Shown here: piece by piece, positions 1 to 12,659 of the stretch
Position numbering within the stretch: position 1 is the first letter of the stretch
Layout of the letters: every line of letters begins with the position of its first letter
Assembly (NCBI RefSeq): GCF_004010195.1
Contig: NC_057751.1
Location: 19,430,535-19,494,534, forward strand
Source of the DNA: Chiloscyllium plagiosum
Taxonomy: Eukaryota
Length of the DNA stretch: 64,000 nt
Reading direction: 5' to 3'
The notes under the pieces: model-generated
The model's database searches: none
What the model was told of the DNA's origin: nothing
What the model saw: the letters and a program-made list of their open reading frames with translations, nothing else
Program-made: the position numbers and the translations under genes

Positions 1-191
1 GTTCTGCTATAACATTTGTTTCTTCAACGCGAATTGGTTATAAGGCGATTGAAGAATTTAGACCATTATTTGTAGCGCACAAACTTTCTTTACCTGTATT
101 GGCTAAAATGTGACTCCGGTCCCATTGGTTTAAATGGTGCTGCTATTACACAATTTTCTTAACACAGGATCATACAGGAACAGAACTATTG

Positions 192-1326
192 TTTTTTTTT
201 CAAAAATATACTTTATTCATAAAATAATTTGATGGTCTGGACAGTTGGTCATGCATACATATGTAAACATGTACATACAGAGATCAAAATTTATTATTTT
301 TATACAGGTCTGTACATTTTTCAATCATATGCCCATATAATTAGCTGAGGCGTCAGCAGAGCCCAAACGACAGCATGGGCCCCCTGTTCTTTGTTAGGCA
401 GGCAGGCTTTACACAGTGGTCTTTCCCCACCGCGCCTTGGCGGCAGCTGCCCCAAGCTTCAGCGCATCCCTCAACACGTAGTCCTGGACCTTGGAATGTG
501 CCAGTCTGCAACTCTCAGTCGGGGTCAACTCCTTCAGCTGGAATATCAACAGGTTTCGGACTGCCCAGAGAGCGTCCTTCACCGAGTTGATGATCCTCCA
601 GGCACAGCTGATGTTCGTCTCGGTGTGCGTCCCGGGGAACAGGCCGTAGAGCACGGAGTCCTGTGTCACAGCGCTGCTCGGGGCGAAACTCGACAAACAC
701 CACTGCATTGCTCTCCAGACTTCCTCTGCGTAGGCACATTCCAGAAGGAGGTGTGTGACAGTCTCGTCCCCCCGCAGCCACTTCGAGGGCAGCGTGCGGT
801 GCAGCTGAGAGTCCGGGCGTGCATAAAGGATCTCACAGGCAGAGCACTTCTCACCACCAGCCAAGCCATGTCTTGGTGCTTGTTGGGAAGTTCTGGCGAT
901 GAGGCATTCTGCCAAATGACTTTGACAGTCTGCTCAGGGAACCGCTCGATAGGATCCGCCCTCTCCTTTTCCCAAAGGGTCTCAAGGACACTACATGCTG
1001 ACCACTTCCTGATGGACTTGTGGTCAAAGGTGTTTTTCTTCATAAATTTCTCCACGAAGGACAAGTGATACGGAACGGTCCAACTACTCGGAGCGTTCCG
1101 CGGCAGCGAGGCCAGGCCCATCCTTCGCAACACCGGGGACAGGTAGAACCTCAGTACGTAGTGACACTTGGTGTTTGTGTACCGGGGATCCACGCACAGC
1201 TTGATGCAGCCACACACAAAGGTGCCCATCAGGGTGAGGGTTGCATTGGGTGTGTTTTTTCCCCCGTTGCAACGGTCTTTGTACATTACGTCTCTTCGGA
1301 CCCGGTCCATCTTTGATCTCCACACG
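192..1326 (-). mobile_element. 5'-truncated Tx1-clade (L1-like) non-LTR retrotransposon: ORF2 C-terminus, 3' UTR and poly(A)
   Basis: Minus-strand ORFs 666-1364 and 409-915 join across a 1-bp frameshift in a C-run (768-773). Together they give a zf-RVT-like CCHC motif (CPRSGCGG-DETVTHLLLEC...W) and the Tx1-type end (KDALWAVRNLLIFQ...KARWGKTTV). An AATAAA and A-tail lie at about 192-217 on the minus strand. Confidence 0.8.
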
Positions 1327-1329
1327 AAG

Positions 1330-2560
1330 TATCCAGGGCAGAGCCCCGGCTCCTCAGACCACACCTCTGTTATGCTAATTTCGGCATTCGGGCCGCTCGT
1401 CAGATGTCAAACCGGTTCTGAAGCAGGTGAAAACCTGACCGAGAGGAGCCGTTTCTGCTCTGAGCGCACTGGTACATGTTTAAGGAGGCGGCAACCGATG
1501 GCGACTCCATCAACTTAGTGGAGTGCACGGTGTTGGTGTTTTGCTACATTAGCAAGTGCGTTGATGATGTCATTGTGTCTGAGACCATCAATTCTTGCCC
1601 CAACTAGAAGCTGTGGATGACCGCAAAGAAGTGTGTGCTACTGACGACCCATGATTCTGCCTTCAGAGCAGATGACAGAGTGGCCATAGCAATAGCAAGG
1701 GCCAAACTGTCCTGGGCCATCAAAGAAGCAAAGCATACATGCGCTAGAGAACATGCAATCTTTTTCAGGACAGCAGTGATATGTGGAACATGTGGAACAT
1801 GTGGAAGGGTATTCAGGCTATGACCAAGCACAGGACAGCATCACCTGCTGTGCTGCCACACTCTCAGGAGTTGAACAACTTCTGTGCACGGTTTGAGGCA
1901 CGAAATGATGTGGCAGCGAGGAGGGACCCCTCTTTCCCCCCCCAAACCCATGACCAGGTGTTGTCTTACTGTGGCTGATGTAAGGAAAATCACTGCAAAG
2001 TCCACCCATGTAAGACTGCTGGACCAGATAATATCCCTGGCAGCGTGCTCAGAGGATGCTCTGACGTGCTGGCGGATGTTCTCGTGAACATTTTTTAACA
2101 TCTCCCTGAGTTGCAGCATAGTTCCAATGAGCTTCAAGGCTAGTACCATCATCCCTGTGCTGAAGAGGTCTTCAGTGTCCTGCCTCAACGACTACCGCCC
2201 AGTTGCATTACCACCATCATCATGAAGTGATTTGAGAGGCTCGTGATGAGACATATTAAGACCCTACTGCCCCCTCACTGGACATCCTGCAGTTTGCATA
2301 TCATCTCAACCACTCAACAGATGATGCCATTTCCACCACCCTCCATCTGGCCCCTCACCCACCTGGAGAACAAGGGAACTTATGTCGGATTACTGTTTAT
2401 AGTGTTGAATGCAGAGCTGAAGTATTGGAAAGCTGAGTTGGCTGAGCTTGAATAGCTTCCTCTGTAACTGGCTCCTGGACTTCTTGACTGGGAAACCTCA
2501 GTCAGCCTGGACTGGGAACAGCATCTCCAATAACACTCCACCACCTCCTCTAACTCCTTC
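1330..2560 (+). mobile_element. Degraded Rex1/Babar-type non-LTR retrotransposon (end of endonuclease to RT)
   Basis: Broken frames read [39 protein letters not shown] and LALTHLENKGTYVGLLFI, which are typical of Rex1/Babar ORFs. Confidence 0.75.
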
Positions 2561-2659
2561 CATAAGGCCAATTTTGTATCTGATGGGCAAGTTCAACCTG
2601 ATTCCCATGTGATCTAACTTTACTAATTAGCCTACCATGCGGTACCTTATCAAAGGCCT

Positions 2660-3600
2660 GTACGTTGTGGATCTGTGTTGTTAGGGCAGGAGTTCAGGAG
2701 TGGCTGAGTGACACTGAGGAATAATGATCTGATTCCAAGTCAGGATGGTGAGTGGATTGGTGGGGAGCTCGTAGGAGATGCTCTCCCATGTATTTGCTGC
2801 CTTTGTCCTTTTAGATAGTTGTGGTCGTAGGTTTGGAAAGTGCTGTCTAAGGAGCTTTGGTAAATTTCTGCATTTCATCTAATAGATGGTACCTACTACT
2901 GCCACTGAGCCTGTGTGGTGGAGAGAGTGAATGTTAACATGTCCACAAACAATCAAGTGGACTGCTTGTGTCCTGGATAGTTTCAAGCTTATGGCTGTTG
3001 GAGTTGCATTCATCCAAGCAAGTCAGCGGTTTTCCATCATATTACTGGCTTGTACTGTGTAGATGTTGGACAGGCTTTGGAAGGAATCAGAAGATGAGTT
3101 ACTTGATGCAAGATTCCTAGTCTCTGACCTGTTTTTTGTAGCCACCATATTGATGAGGCTGGTCCACTTTGGTAGCTGGTCAGTAGCAGTCCTGAGTGGG
3201 AGATAAGTGGTAATGCCATTGAATGTCAAGACCAGATGATTAGGTTTCCTCTCATTGGAGATGATCATTGCCTGGCATTTGTTGTGTGAATGTTACTTGC
3301 CATTTGACAGTTCAGACCTGGATATTGTCCAGGTCTTGCTGCGTTTGGGCACGAATCGCTTCAGTATGAGTTGCAAGTAGTGCCAAATGTTATGCAATCA
3401 TTGGTAAACATCCCCACTTCTGACTCTACGATGGAGGGAAGGTCATTGAAGCAGCTGAAGAAGGTTGGATCAAGAACACTACCCTGAGGAACATCTCTAT
3501 GATGTCCTGGTATTGGGATGACTGATCGCCAAAAAATATAACTATCTTTTGTGCCAGCCAAAACTCCAACCAGCAGAGGTTTTTTCTTTCTTCCTGGTTA
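2660..3600 (-). mobile_element. CR1-group LINE, 3' RT region (same family as 21925-26310)
   Basis: Minus-strand VPQGSVLDPTFFSCFNDLPSIVESEVGMFTNDC matches the copy at about 25300-25450. Confidence 0.75.
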
Positions 3601-3939
3601 CCTCAAATCTAGCTTTGCTAGGACCATTTCTTTTAGTTGAAATAGAAACAATGGGATCTTTTAGGTCCACCCTTTAACATGTAGGTTTAACTTGATTTCA
3701 TTCTTGCCTAATTGTAACCAGGGAATCAGTTGCAATTACTTCTGTTCCTGCTCCTACATTGTTACTTGCCCCAATAATTGTTTCTTGAATTCCTTCAATT
3801 TCAACTTTTACTCCTTATTGACATAATTAATGCTGTGTCTTCAGGTTTTCATAGTATGCTGACAACACCCACCTGCACTTCTCCATTACCTCTCTCTAAT
3901 ACTTCCCTGTTGTTATGTTATCAATAGTGCATCTAAAAA

Positions 3940-4620
3940 TACTGAACAAGCAGAAAATTCCTGCCATTAAAGACCGAAGCACATGTTTTCGTTCCTTGCT
4001 CCAAGCTCCGTTCATTAATTACCCCCCCAACTCAATCTCTCTCTGATTAAACCAATCTGTCTCCAACCTTGATGTCACACTTTGATCCCAAGATGCATTT
4101 ACAATCTTGTTTGTGCCCTAACTAAGTAACTATTTCCATCACTGTCATATTGCTGTACTTTGCCCTAAGTCCATTCACTCACTGAAACCCTTATTCCTTT
4201 CATTCCTCCAACTCATTCTTCCCTCTGTAAACTGACTTATCTGAACCTTTGCCTGTCTTTCAACACACAGCAAATCCCACTCTCGTCGTTTGTGTTTGCT
4301 GACCTACGCTGGCTCCCAGTCCAGCAACATTTTGATTTTTATAACTATCATTCTGGTTTTGGATCCCTCTAAATCTCATTCATCTCCTCAAACCCATGAT
4401 TCTGTGATTGTGTGCCTCCAATTTTGGCCTCTTGTCCATCCCTGATCTGAAATGCTCTATCCACATTTGAACACTCGCACACATTCTACCTCCTCCAGAC
4501 ATAACTCTTCAAGAAGCTTTCATCATCTGACCTAATATCTGTCATGTTCTTTTATAATGCCCCTATGAAGTGCCTTGGGATGTTTGATTGCGTCAAAGGT
4601 ACTATATAAATATAACTTGC
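3940..4620 (+). mobile_element. Old L2-type LINE 3' end
   Basis: DLRWLPV motif (about 4301-4320) and an L2-type tail tgaagtgccttgggatgttt...aaaggtactatataaata. Confidence 0.55.
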
Positions 4621-6227
4621 CATCTCATCCAAAAGAGCGAACCTTTGTCAGTACTGGGCTGTAAGTCTCAACCTGGATTTTTGTGCTGAGGTTTCTGGTG
4701 TGTATCCATTTTTGTCAGCTAATGAGATTGGCTTTTCAATTTTTCACTTCAATGTCATATTGAGAGACAGGATCTTGCTCTTAAAATCTTACAATATTTG
4801 TTGAGATTAATATCTGAGGTTTATCTGAATTTTATCAATTCTTCTACAGAGTTCCTCTGAACCACCTTACTTCTAATTTTCAAATGCAGCATTCTTCACA
4901 CTCCTTGTTACATCCTTCTCATGTTGAAATTAGGACTTATTTTGCTATTTTGCTGCTCTAATTCCATAATCTCCCAAGATCTCTAAGATATGAATTCCTT
5001 AACTCCCTTGGTGTTCTGTCCTAAAATCGTTTCAACTAAACCTTTTAATGTCATGTAATCATCACTACATCAGTTTCATGCACACTTGTTTGTCAATTGT
5101 ATCATAACAACTATAATACAAAAGGAATGTTATGAGGTCGGATTATTTAAAAAATTTTTTTGGGGATCTACATGGCATTTATTGCCCTGAGAAACTAATG
5201 GTGAGCTGCTGCTTTGAAATAGTTTAATATAGCTGAGTGGCTTCATATGGCATTTGATGTGGGCCTGGTGACTAGTCTGCATATCTTTCCATTTAAGACA
5301 GTGGTGAGCTAGTAACATTTTCAGCAGTGCGTCAGCTTTGTGGTCATTTTATACTGGATCACTTTTTTTTACTGATGCCATCTTTTTAATTCTAAACTTT
5401 GAAAACTGAATTCAATTCTTAAACTGGTTGCACTCGTGTTCTCCAAACTATTGAGGCTTTTCAGTTATTAGTTCAGTGACATAACCAGTACACTACCTTA
5501 CTGTAAATGAATATCTTTTGAGGCCACTTGTGATGGAGCTACATGTTAGAGGTATAGGTTGTATGCAAATAACATGGAGCAAGGGACATTCTACCTCAGA
5601 ATAGTGCTGATTGACCAGTTGAAATGGAAAGAACGGGTGTTTCTGTAATTGTGCATTTAATTTAACCAAGGGACCACTTTTTGCCTATCTCCCACTACCT
5701 TTTGCCTTCAGCAATTCTTCTGCAGTGTGTATCTTTAGTTTTCTAGTAATGGCATACCTGATTGTGAGGTGTCAGTGGAGCGGAGAGTCCCCTTTCCTTT
5801 TCATGTTATTGAATGAGCTGAAACAAGTCAGTGTGGAAAGAACTAATAAAGCTTTATTAAACGTATTAGACTAACAATCACCCCACCCCTGTTTTGTAGG
5901 GAAATGTTTGTCATTGACCATAAAATTTAAAAACAATCTAGGAATTTCAGAATGAAGAAGAGTTCCTGGTTTTTGATGATGAATTGTTCATCCTGCTCCT
6001 GGAGGGGCACATTTGGCCTTGTTAAAATGTAGGTAAGGGTTAACAAAGCAAAGTCCAGCTCCTCCACCATCACAAAATCTCTTCTCTCTCCCCAACCCTC
6101 CCCATCCACCCCAAAAAACAACAAGTCGTTGAGACTATGTTTTTAGCCAGCAACAATCTAGTGGCAAATGGCAATGGTATGTTTCTCATAACAGGTAGCA
6201 TGGGCCTAGCTGCAAAGTATGAACTTG

Positions 6228-6427
6228 ATTTGGAGATGCTGGTATTGGACTGAGGTGGACAAAGTTTAAAAAACACACAATAGTGGGTTATAGTCCAACA
6301 GGTTTATTCGGAAGTACTAGCTTTCGGACGTCGCAACCTCCTGATGAAGGAGCAGTGCTCCGAAAGCTAGTACTTTCAAATAAACCTGTTGGACTATAAC
6401 CTGGTGTTGTGTGGTTTTTTAAACTAG
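6228..6427. mobile_element. Fold-back PLE-terminal element (family A) with hammerhead core
   Basis: 11-bp direct repeats GTATGAACTTG at 6217-6227 and 6428-6438; inverted arms; CTGATGA-A-GGAGC-AGT-GCTCC-GAAAGCTA at 6341-6369. Confidence 0.8.
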
Positions 6428-6761
6428 GTATGAACTTGCAAGTTTATCAGGAATAACCTCAGTTCCATGAGTGAAATGGACAATCTGGTCATTACCTGTA
6501 TTGTGGGATGCTGTGGACTTGCTGGGTTCCAATAATAGATTAAGAAATTTGCCACAGGTTTTAATTCCAAACTTTGTTCAAGCATGTCATCTAAGAACTA
6601 TCTTGACCTGGCAAGGTTTCTGAACATAAAGGTTTCAAGCCTTGACTTGGCCTTTTAGCTAATGAAATGGTGTATCTATATAGCTGAGATTGGGGCACTG
6701 TTTGTGCCATCTTTCTTTGTTTTGCTGATGTCTGTTGGCATTCTTTTGTGATGACACTCAC

Positions 6762-7550
6762 TTAGAGCCATAGAGATGTACAACACAGAAACAGACCCTT
6801 CGGTCCAACTCCTCCATGCTGACCAGATATCCCAACCTAATCTTGTCCCATTTGCCAGCACCTGGCCTGTATCCTTCCAACACCTTCCTATCATATACCC
6901 ATCCAGACGTCTTTTTAAATATTGTAATTGTACCAGCCTTCACTTCCTCTGGCAGCTCATTCCATACACGTACCACCCTCTGCGTGGAAAAGGTTGCCCC
7001 TTGGGTCCCTTTTTATATCTTTCCCCTCGCACCTTAAACCTGTGCCCTCTAGTTCTGGACTGCACCATCCCAGGGAAATGACTTCATCTATTTACCCTAT
7101 CTATGCCCCTCATGATTTTATAAGCCTCGATAAGGTCACCCCTCAGCCTCCGACACTCCAGGGAAAACAGCCCCAGCCTATTTAACTTCTCCCTATAGCT
7201 CACACCCTTCAACCCTGGCAACACCCTTGTAAATCATTTCTGAACCCTTTTAGGTTTCACAACATCCTTCTGATAGGAAGGAAACCAGAATTGTATGCAA
7301 TATTCTAAAAGTGGCCTAACCAATGTCCTGTACAGCTGCAACATGATCTCCAACTCCTGTACTCCATGCTCTGACCAATAAAGGAAAGCATACCAAACAC
7401 TGCCTTCACTATCCTGTCTACCTGCGACTCCACTTTCAAGGAGCTATAAACCTGCACTCCAAGGTCTCTTTGTTCAGCAACACTCCCTAGGATCTTACCA
7501 TTAAGTGTATAAGTCCTGCTAAGATTTGCTTTCCAAAAATGCAGCACCTT
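6762..7550 (-). mobile_element. CR1 LINE (HER1-like) 3' fragment
   Basis: Minus-strand peptides LHFWKANLSRTYTLNGKILGSVAEQRDLGVQV and VRVWNELPEEV, plus a CR1 3' tail. Confidence 0.85.
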
Positions 7551-8451
7551 TTTAAGAGTTTATTTTGTCTGTTTTGTTTTGAACAAGTTGTAAGGCAGAG
7601 ATATGAAGCTGTCTCTAAGAAAGTGAACCATTTGTGAGGCCTTGGGATTACTTGTAGTTGAAACAATGCAAGCAGACTAGGTGTGGCCAGCTCTCTCAGA
7701 ATAGGCTTTCTAGTTTTTGCTTAGTTTTTAAGCAGAAGCCTTTGGGTGTCTCAAGAGTTGGAAGCTTCAATGAATGTCTCCTAGCTGCTATTCTCAGAAT
7801 TTTCTCTTGGTTTTCTTCCCTTCCTGGATCAGAATTTGCCATTCTGTGGAGGGCTGTGTTAATGGGATGTTACTATAATGGGAAAGTAAATTAGCAATTA
7901 CTGTGTCTATTATTCGGTTAAGTTTTCCAAAGTATTCTAAAATCCTCTTTCTTTGGTTTGTATTCTAACTATAGTATTTAAATTGTGTTTTGCTTAACAT
8001 CGAATAGTTTGACCAGTTGCATCAGATCTGGAACACAACATTTCACATCTACCTTGAAAATAAGAAAACGTTAGGGTTTAGGGTACTTTCAAAATATTTT
8101 GAGGGGGTCTGGTCTGGTCCAAAACACTACTTTTGTCAAACCCAAAGAGTTTCTCCCACATTGAAATTGATTTTTGTAGTTTGTAAAAGAGAACAGTTTG
8201 GAGAAGGGGAATTTTTTTTAAAAAAAGTTTGCTGGTGACTTTTATCAAATAATTTAGATGGTGCAAATCTGAAACGAAACCAGAAAGAGTTTGGAAAAGC
8301 ACTGCCTGATTTGCTGAGTATCTATGGAGAGAAAAAAGTTAATTATTTCAGTTGCATTGCCCTTTATCAGAATCAACAACGTTCCCAAATAAGCTACTCT
8401 ATAAATTGAATGAATGCCTCTTTATTTTTTCTGTGAGAAGTTTTCTTTAGA

Positions 8452-8764
8452 ATAGATTACTTTGTGTGGAAACAGGCCCTTCAGCCCAATGAGTCCACAC
8501 TGACCCGCCGAAGCGCAACCCATCCAGACCCTTTCCCCTACATTTTCCCCTTCACCTAACACTATGGACAATTTTGGAATGGCCAATTCACCTAACCTGC
8601 ACATTTTTGGACTGTGGGAGGAAACTGGAGCATCCGGAGGAAACCCACGCAGATATGGGGAGAATGTGTAAACTCCACACAGACAGTCGCCTGAGGCAGG
8701 AATTGAACCCGGATCTCTGGCGCTGTGAGGTAGCAGTGCTAACCGCTGTGCCACCGTGCCGCCC
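8452..8764 (-). mobile_element. HE1-type V-SINE (tRNA-derived)
   Basis: Head GGCGGCACGGTGGCACAGCGGTTAGCACTGCT, V-domain TGTGTGGAGTTT...GGGTTTCCTCCGG and CR1-derived tail GGCCTGTTTCCACAC. Confidence 0.85.
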
Positions 8765-8804
8765 ATGTGTGTAATCTTAACATTGTAGGCAGAAGCTGCA
8801 GTAA

Positions 8805-9030
8805 ACTAATGTCCTTTTAGGGAAGTAAATTGGCCATCCTTACCTGTTGTGCTGCATGTGACTCCAGGCTCTCAGAAATGTGGTTGACTCTTAAGTACCG
8901 TCTGAAATAGTCTAAGCCATTTAGTTGTCACAAAGTTAGCTAACTACCACCAGCACAAGGGCAATTGGGGATGGGCCCTTCAATGCTTGCCCTGCTAGAG
9001 ACTGCAACATATCCTGTGAACGAATGGAAG
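8805..9030 (+). mobile_element. Partial tRNA-derived SINE with Meta-like core
   Basis: actaatgtccttttagggaag...ccttacctg...gtgactccag core and gggcaattggggatggg tail, shared with 60365-60725. Confidence 0.6.
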
Positions 9031-9859
9031 AAATAAAAAGAACCGCAATTGGCGAGTGTGAAGTTAATGCACAAGAAGTCCTGAAACTGCTGGTCATAGG
9101 CTTTGCACTTTCCTTTTTTTTAAAAAAAAGCTGTGTAGGCAGGGTTCCTGAATATGGAGGATAGTACTGAAGCATCGTGACCTCCGAGGTTTACAAAGTG
9201 TAGTCATAGTTACCAGAAAGCCAGTTATATTTTGATTTGTTAGGCTACTGGATTTTCTTTTGCTCACTGCAAGATGCTGATGATGCCTCTATACGAGAGG
9301 ATCAAGACAATGCATTTAACTGTGTGGAATAGATTGTGTATTTTTTAAATTCTGTTTTGGCCAGTGCCTTTCTTACTTTCCAGCTTTGTCGATACCATAT
9401 TCTAGCCATCTGTGATTGAGTGTACAAAATGACTGGAGAGAGCCATACCTTGCAGGACTAAGAGGTCTCTTGTGCCTCAGTTAAGTGTGGGAACTCACTG
9501 GGAAATTCTATCTGTGAACCGGTGCCTTGCCCCTCCATGCTACAGAATGTCAAGACAACCCAGCCACTCCCTCAGTCACATGTTACCCCAGGTACAATGG
9601 TAGGATGAGATCATCCTCAGAGATGATGTAAATGCCCTAATCCTGGGGGATTGTTATGCAGATGATTTCCTGATTCAGTGATTCCCCAAGACAATGTAGG
9701 TGTGATATCTCCTAGCTTCGGGGGATGGCTATGAAAACATTTCTGAATGGAAGAGATTGAATGAGAGTTTGATTTGATAATAGTATGGGGAGTAGTAGCA
9801 AATGACTGGGGGTCATTCGCATTCCTCCATGAATGTCGTCCCCACCCACTTCCAGAATG

Positions 9860-10390
9860 TTTGTGTATATGTGCGTACGTGTACACAAGTTTGTGGGGTG
9901 CATTTGTACTTGCAGAATTACATTTTACTTTGCTCAAAAACTGCATGAATCAATATAAGATTCTGTAAATCCGTTTTTTTAGATTAGACTCAATCTGACC
10001 ATTGTGGCACAGACAGCCTCACAGGGAGTTAACACCTTCAGTACCTTATCTGGGCCGACATGACACCAATTGTTAAAGTGCACTTGAGAATGTAACTTCT
10101 AAAAGTTTTGCGATTTACATATGAAAGAACTGAAATCAACATGGTCATTCGAAAAGATGAGAGACTTAAACAATCCGGGTCTTTTTCAATATATAAATTC
10201 AGTTACATCACATTGTAAACTTTTGCTATAAATTCCGTGTCTTACAATCTTATTCTCCACAATCACTTGATGAAGGAGCAGTGCTCTGAAAGCTAGTGCT
10301 TCCAAATAAACCTGTTGAACTATAACCTGGTATGTGATTTTTTAAAAAAAAACTTTGTACACCCCAATCCAACACCGGCGTCTCCAAATC
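9860..10390 (+). mobile_element. PLE family A 3' UTR/terminal repeat with decayed hammerhead
   Basis: Ends in the same terminal sequence as the 6228 and 16998 elements (tgatgaaggagcagtgctctgaaagctag...caacaccggcgtctccaaatc). Confidence 0.7.
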
Positions 10391-10476
10391 CTGAGGAACC
10401 CCAGCAGTGATGTCCTGAGGCTGAGGTGATTTGGTCTCAAACAGCCGAAGGGCCTGTTTCCATACTGTAAAGTAAT

Positions 10477-10659
10477 ACAGACAGAGTGCCTGAAGGATGG
10501 AGAGAATACAGGCACTCTGCCTGTATTCCTGATGAAGGGCTTTTGCCGGAAATGTCGATTTTCCTGCTCCTCGGATGCTGCCTGAACTGCTGTGTTTTTC
10601 CAGCGCCACTCTCTACTCCAGAATCTGGTTTCCAGCATCTGCAGTCATTGTTTTTACCT
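10477..10659 (+). mobile_element. PLE family B terminal element inserted into an HE1/CR1-type tail
   Basis: 13-bp direct repeat ACTGTAAAGTAAT at 10464-10476 and 10662-10674; CTGATGA at 10529; short 5' inverted segment; the (CTAAT)n tail resumes after the insertion. Confidence 0.75.
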
Positions 10660-10794
10660 ACACTGTAAAGTAATCTAATCTAATCTAATCTAAACCACTT
10701 CTTTCTTCCTTTATGCTAGTTATGATTCCAGCCAGTGGAAAGTTTCTCCCCTGATTCCCATTTATTCCATTTTATTAGAGCTCCTTGATGCCTA

Positions 10795-11160
10795 CTTTTG
10801 TTACCTGTTGGTTAACCAAGTTGTGTCATAAGGTCTAATGTTCACACTTCAACCTAAATGGATCTCTGCTTCAACAAGCTATTCAAAGATAATTTTCACA
10901 CCAAGTGGAATAGATGAACGCATGCTGGCTTGGCTTAGTCATCAAATTGCATAGTAAACTGAATCCCTGATTCACTAAACAGGGAGGAAGATGATTTGTT
11001 GTGGAGGGATGATTCTGAAAACTTTCTGACGACCCTGAAGCTAATCCAGAGAGGATCCTTATGGTCCTGCTCATGCCGTAGCAAAAGTGACTCCGAATCA
11101 ATTCGATGAGTTTTTTTTTCAGCAGATGCTGAAGACAATGAATTTCGCAGGCTTTAAAGC
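10795..11160 (+). pseudogene. Pogo/Tigger-like DDE transposase C-terminal remnant
   Basis: 10861-10917 reads DLCFNKLFKDNFHTKWNR* (cf. pogo QPLDVxxNKPFKD...W). About 10966-11019 reads PDSLNREEDDLLWRDDSE (cf. SNALDGTEDDxLW), and an acidic tail ends near 11155. Confidence 0.55.
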
Positions 11161-12659
11161 TTCCATTGTGGTTAAAGATTTCTTTGCCAAATGAATTTAT
11201 TCAATAAGCCGAGCCATAAATATGAATTGTTTTCCACATTCAAAATGATCACCTACACTCTGGTTTATGTTTTATGTTCTGTCAAAAGTTGACCCCTGCT
11301 TTTTTTTTGGTTTTAGTTTTGGAGGCTTCAAAAATTGACTTGTACTGTAATCTAGAGTGAAATTTTCTATTGAAAAGGAAATTTTTTTTTAATAAAGTAG
11401 GTCTGGTGGTATAATGTCAGCCAAAAACAAATATTACATCATATAGTAACAAGGAACTTGGTTGATTCAGAAGCCAGTCATTTAGTTCTTCATTTTAATA
11501 ACTTTCTTTTTCTTTGAGTAAAGTTCAATGTTACCCATGTAATAAAATGTCTCTGAAGCTCGGTGAAACTCATGTTTTAAGTCGACTCAGTTTGTAGGTG
11601 GGGAAAGTATGTGACATTGTTTTCTTTTGTCTAGTTCCTAGAAATCTGAGTGACCATTTCATTGAGGATGTTTTAAAAAAAAACCTTTGTGAGACTATGG
11701 AATGACTAGGTTGAAGTGGGCATAGTGACAAATTCTTGTGATTTATAGTTTTATAATCTGAGGGAAGGGTTTGTGAAGCAGAGAGACTGGGTAAAGCTCA
11801 GGAATCCATGTATAATATAGTCCACCTCTTTGTGAACAGAATGGCTGTGTAAAGTTTTGCTGTCCTTTTTGATGGAGACGGAGATCAAATTAAGTCTTAA
11901 ATGGTTTCACTATTCCCACGCCAGTTTCTACCCTTTTTGTTTTAATTAGCTTCTGTAACTCTGCTGTTTACAAGATAAGTTTTTCAACATAGCCTCTGCG
12001 TCAACCACTCCTTTCACAAAACATTCCATGTGCTAGCAACTTTGTAAAATAATTTTTTTTTGTAGCCTGTCTCTTCACACCCTTTGTAAGGATTTTAAGT
12101 TGAAGTCTTGTTGACACTTTTTTTAAGCACAGGAATTGAACTTTCCAATATTTTGAAAGTTCTCTGTTAAGTTGCTTCTACTCAAGTGGAAATAGTCCCT
12201 GTATCTCAAATCTTGCCTTGTAATTACAATTGCCCATCCCTGGCATTGTCCTGGTGAATCAATGCTGCACGATTTTTTTAATATGCTTTAGTGTTTCTTA
12301 TATAATGGAGTGACCAAGCCTGAAAACAGAAATCCAACTGTTGCTTTGTGAAAACTTTATTTTGCACTTGTTTTTATTAACAAGGAAGAGAGAACTAAAC
12401 TGCTTTTGATTTTTTTTTAAATGACTTTATCTACCTGCACCTTCTCTTTTAATCAATTGTAAGATTTCCTAATTCTGTTTCTTCTTAACTGCCAGAATCT
12501 CTTTCCTTTCAAAATATTTTACCTCATTTATTTTTCCACATTGAAGTTGTAGCTGTCACCTGTCTGCCCTTTTCACTAACCTGACTCTCTCCTCCTGAAG
12601 ACTTAAACACCCTGTTATCAAACCTCCAACTTTGTCATCAGCAATTTTTTGGAGGTTAT

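Noticed and set aside
1..190. Possible Tigger-like MITE end at the window start
   Set aside because: It is truncated by the window edge and the Tx1 insertion, so no terminal repeat pair can be verified.
8690..8764. tRNA genes at SINE heads (also 12900, 36620, 47540, 60380)
   Set aside because: The A/B-box-like heads continue into SINE bodies and tails, and no complete cloverleaf was recognised.
11635..11643. TTCCTAGAA GAS/BCL6-type site suggesting autoregulation
   Set aside because: TTCnnnGAA has only six fixed bases and is expected many times in 64 kb; nothing else supports it.
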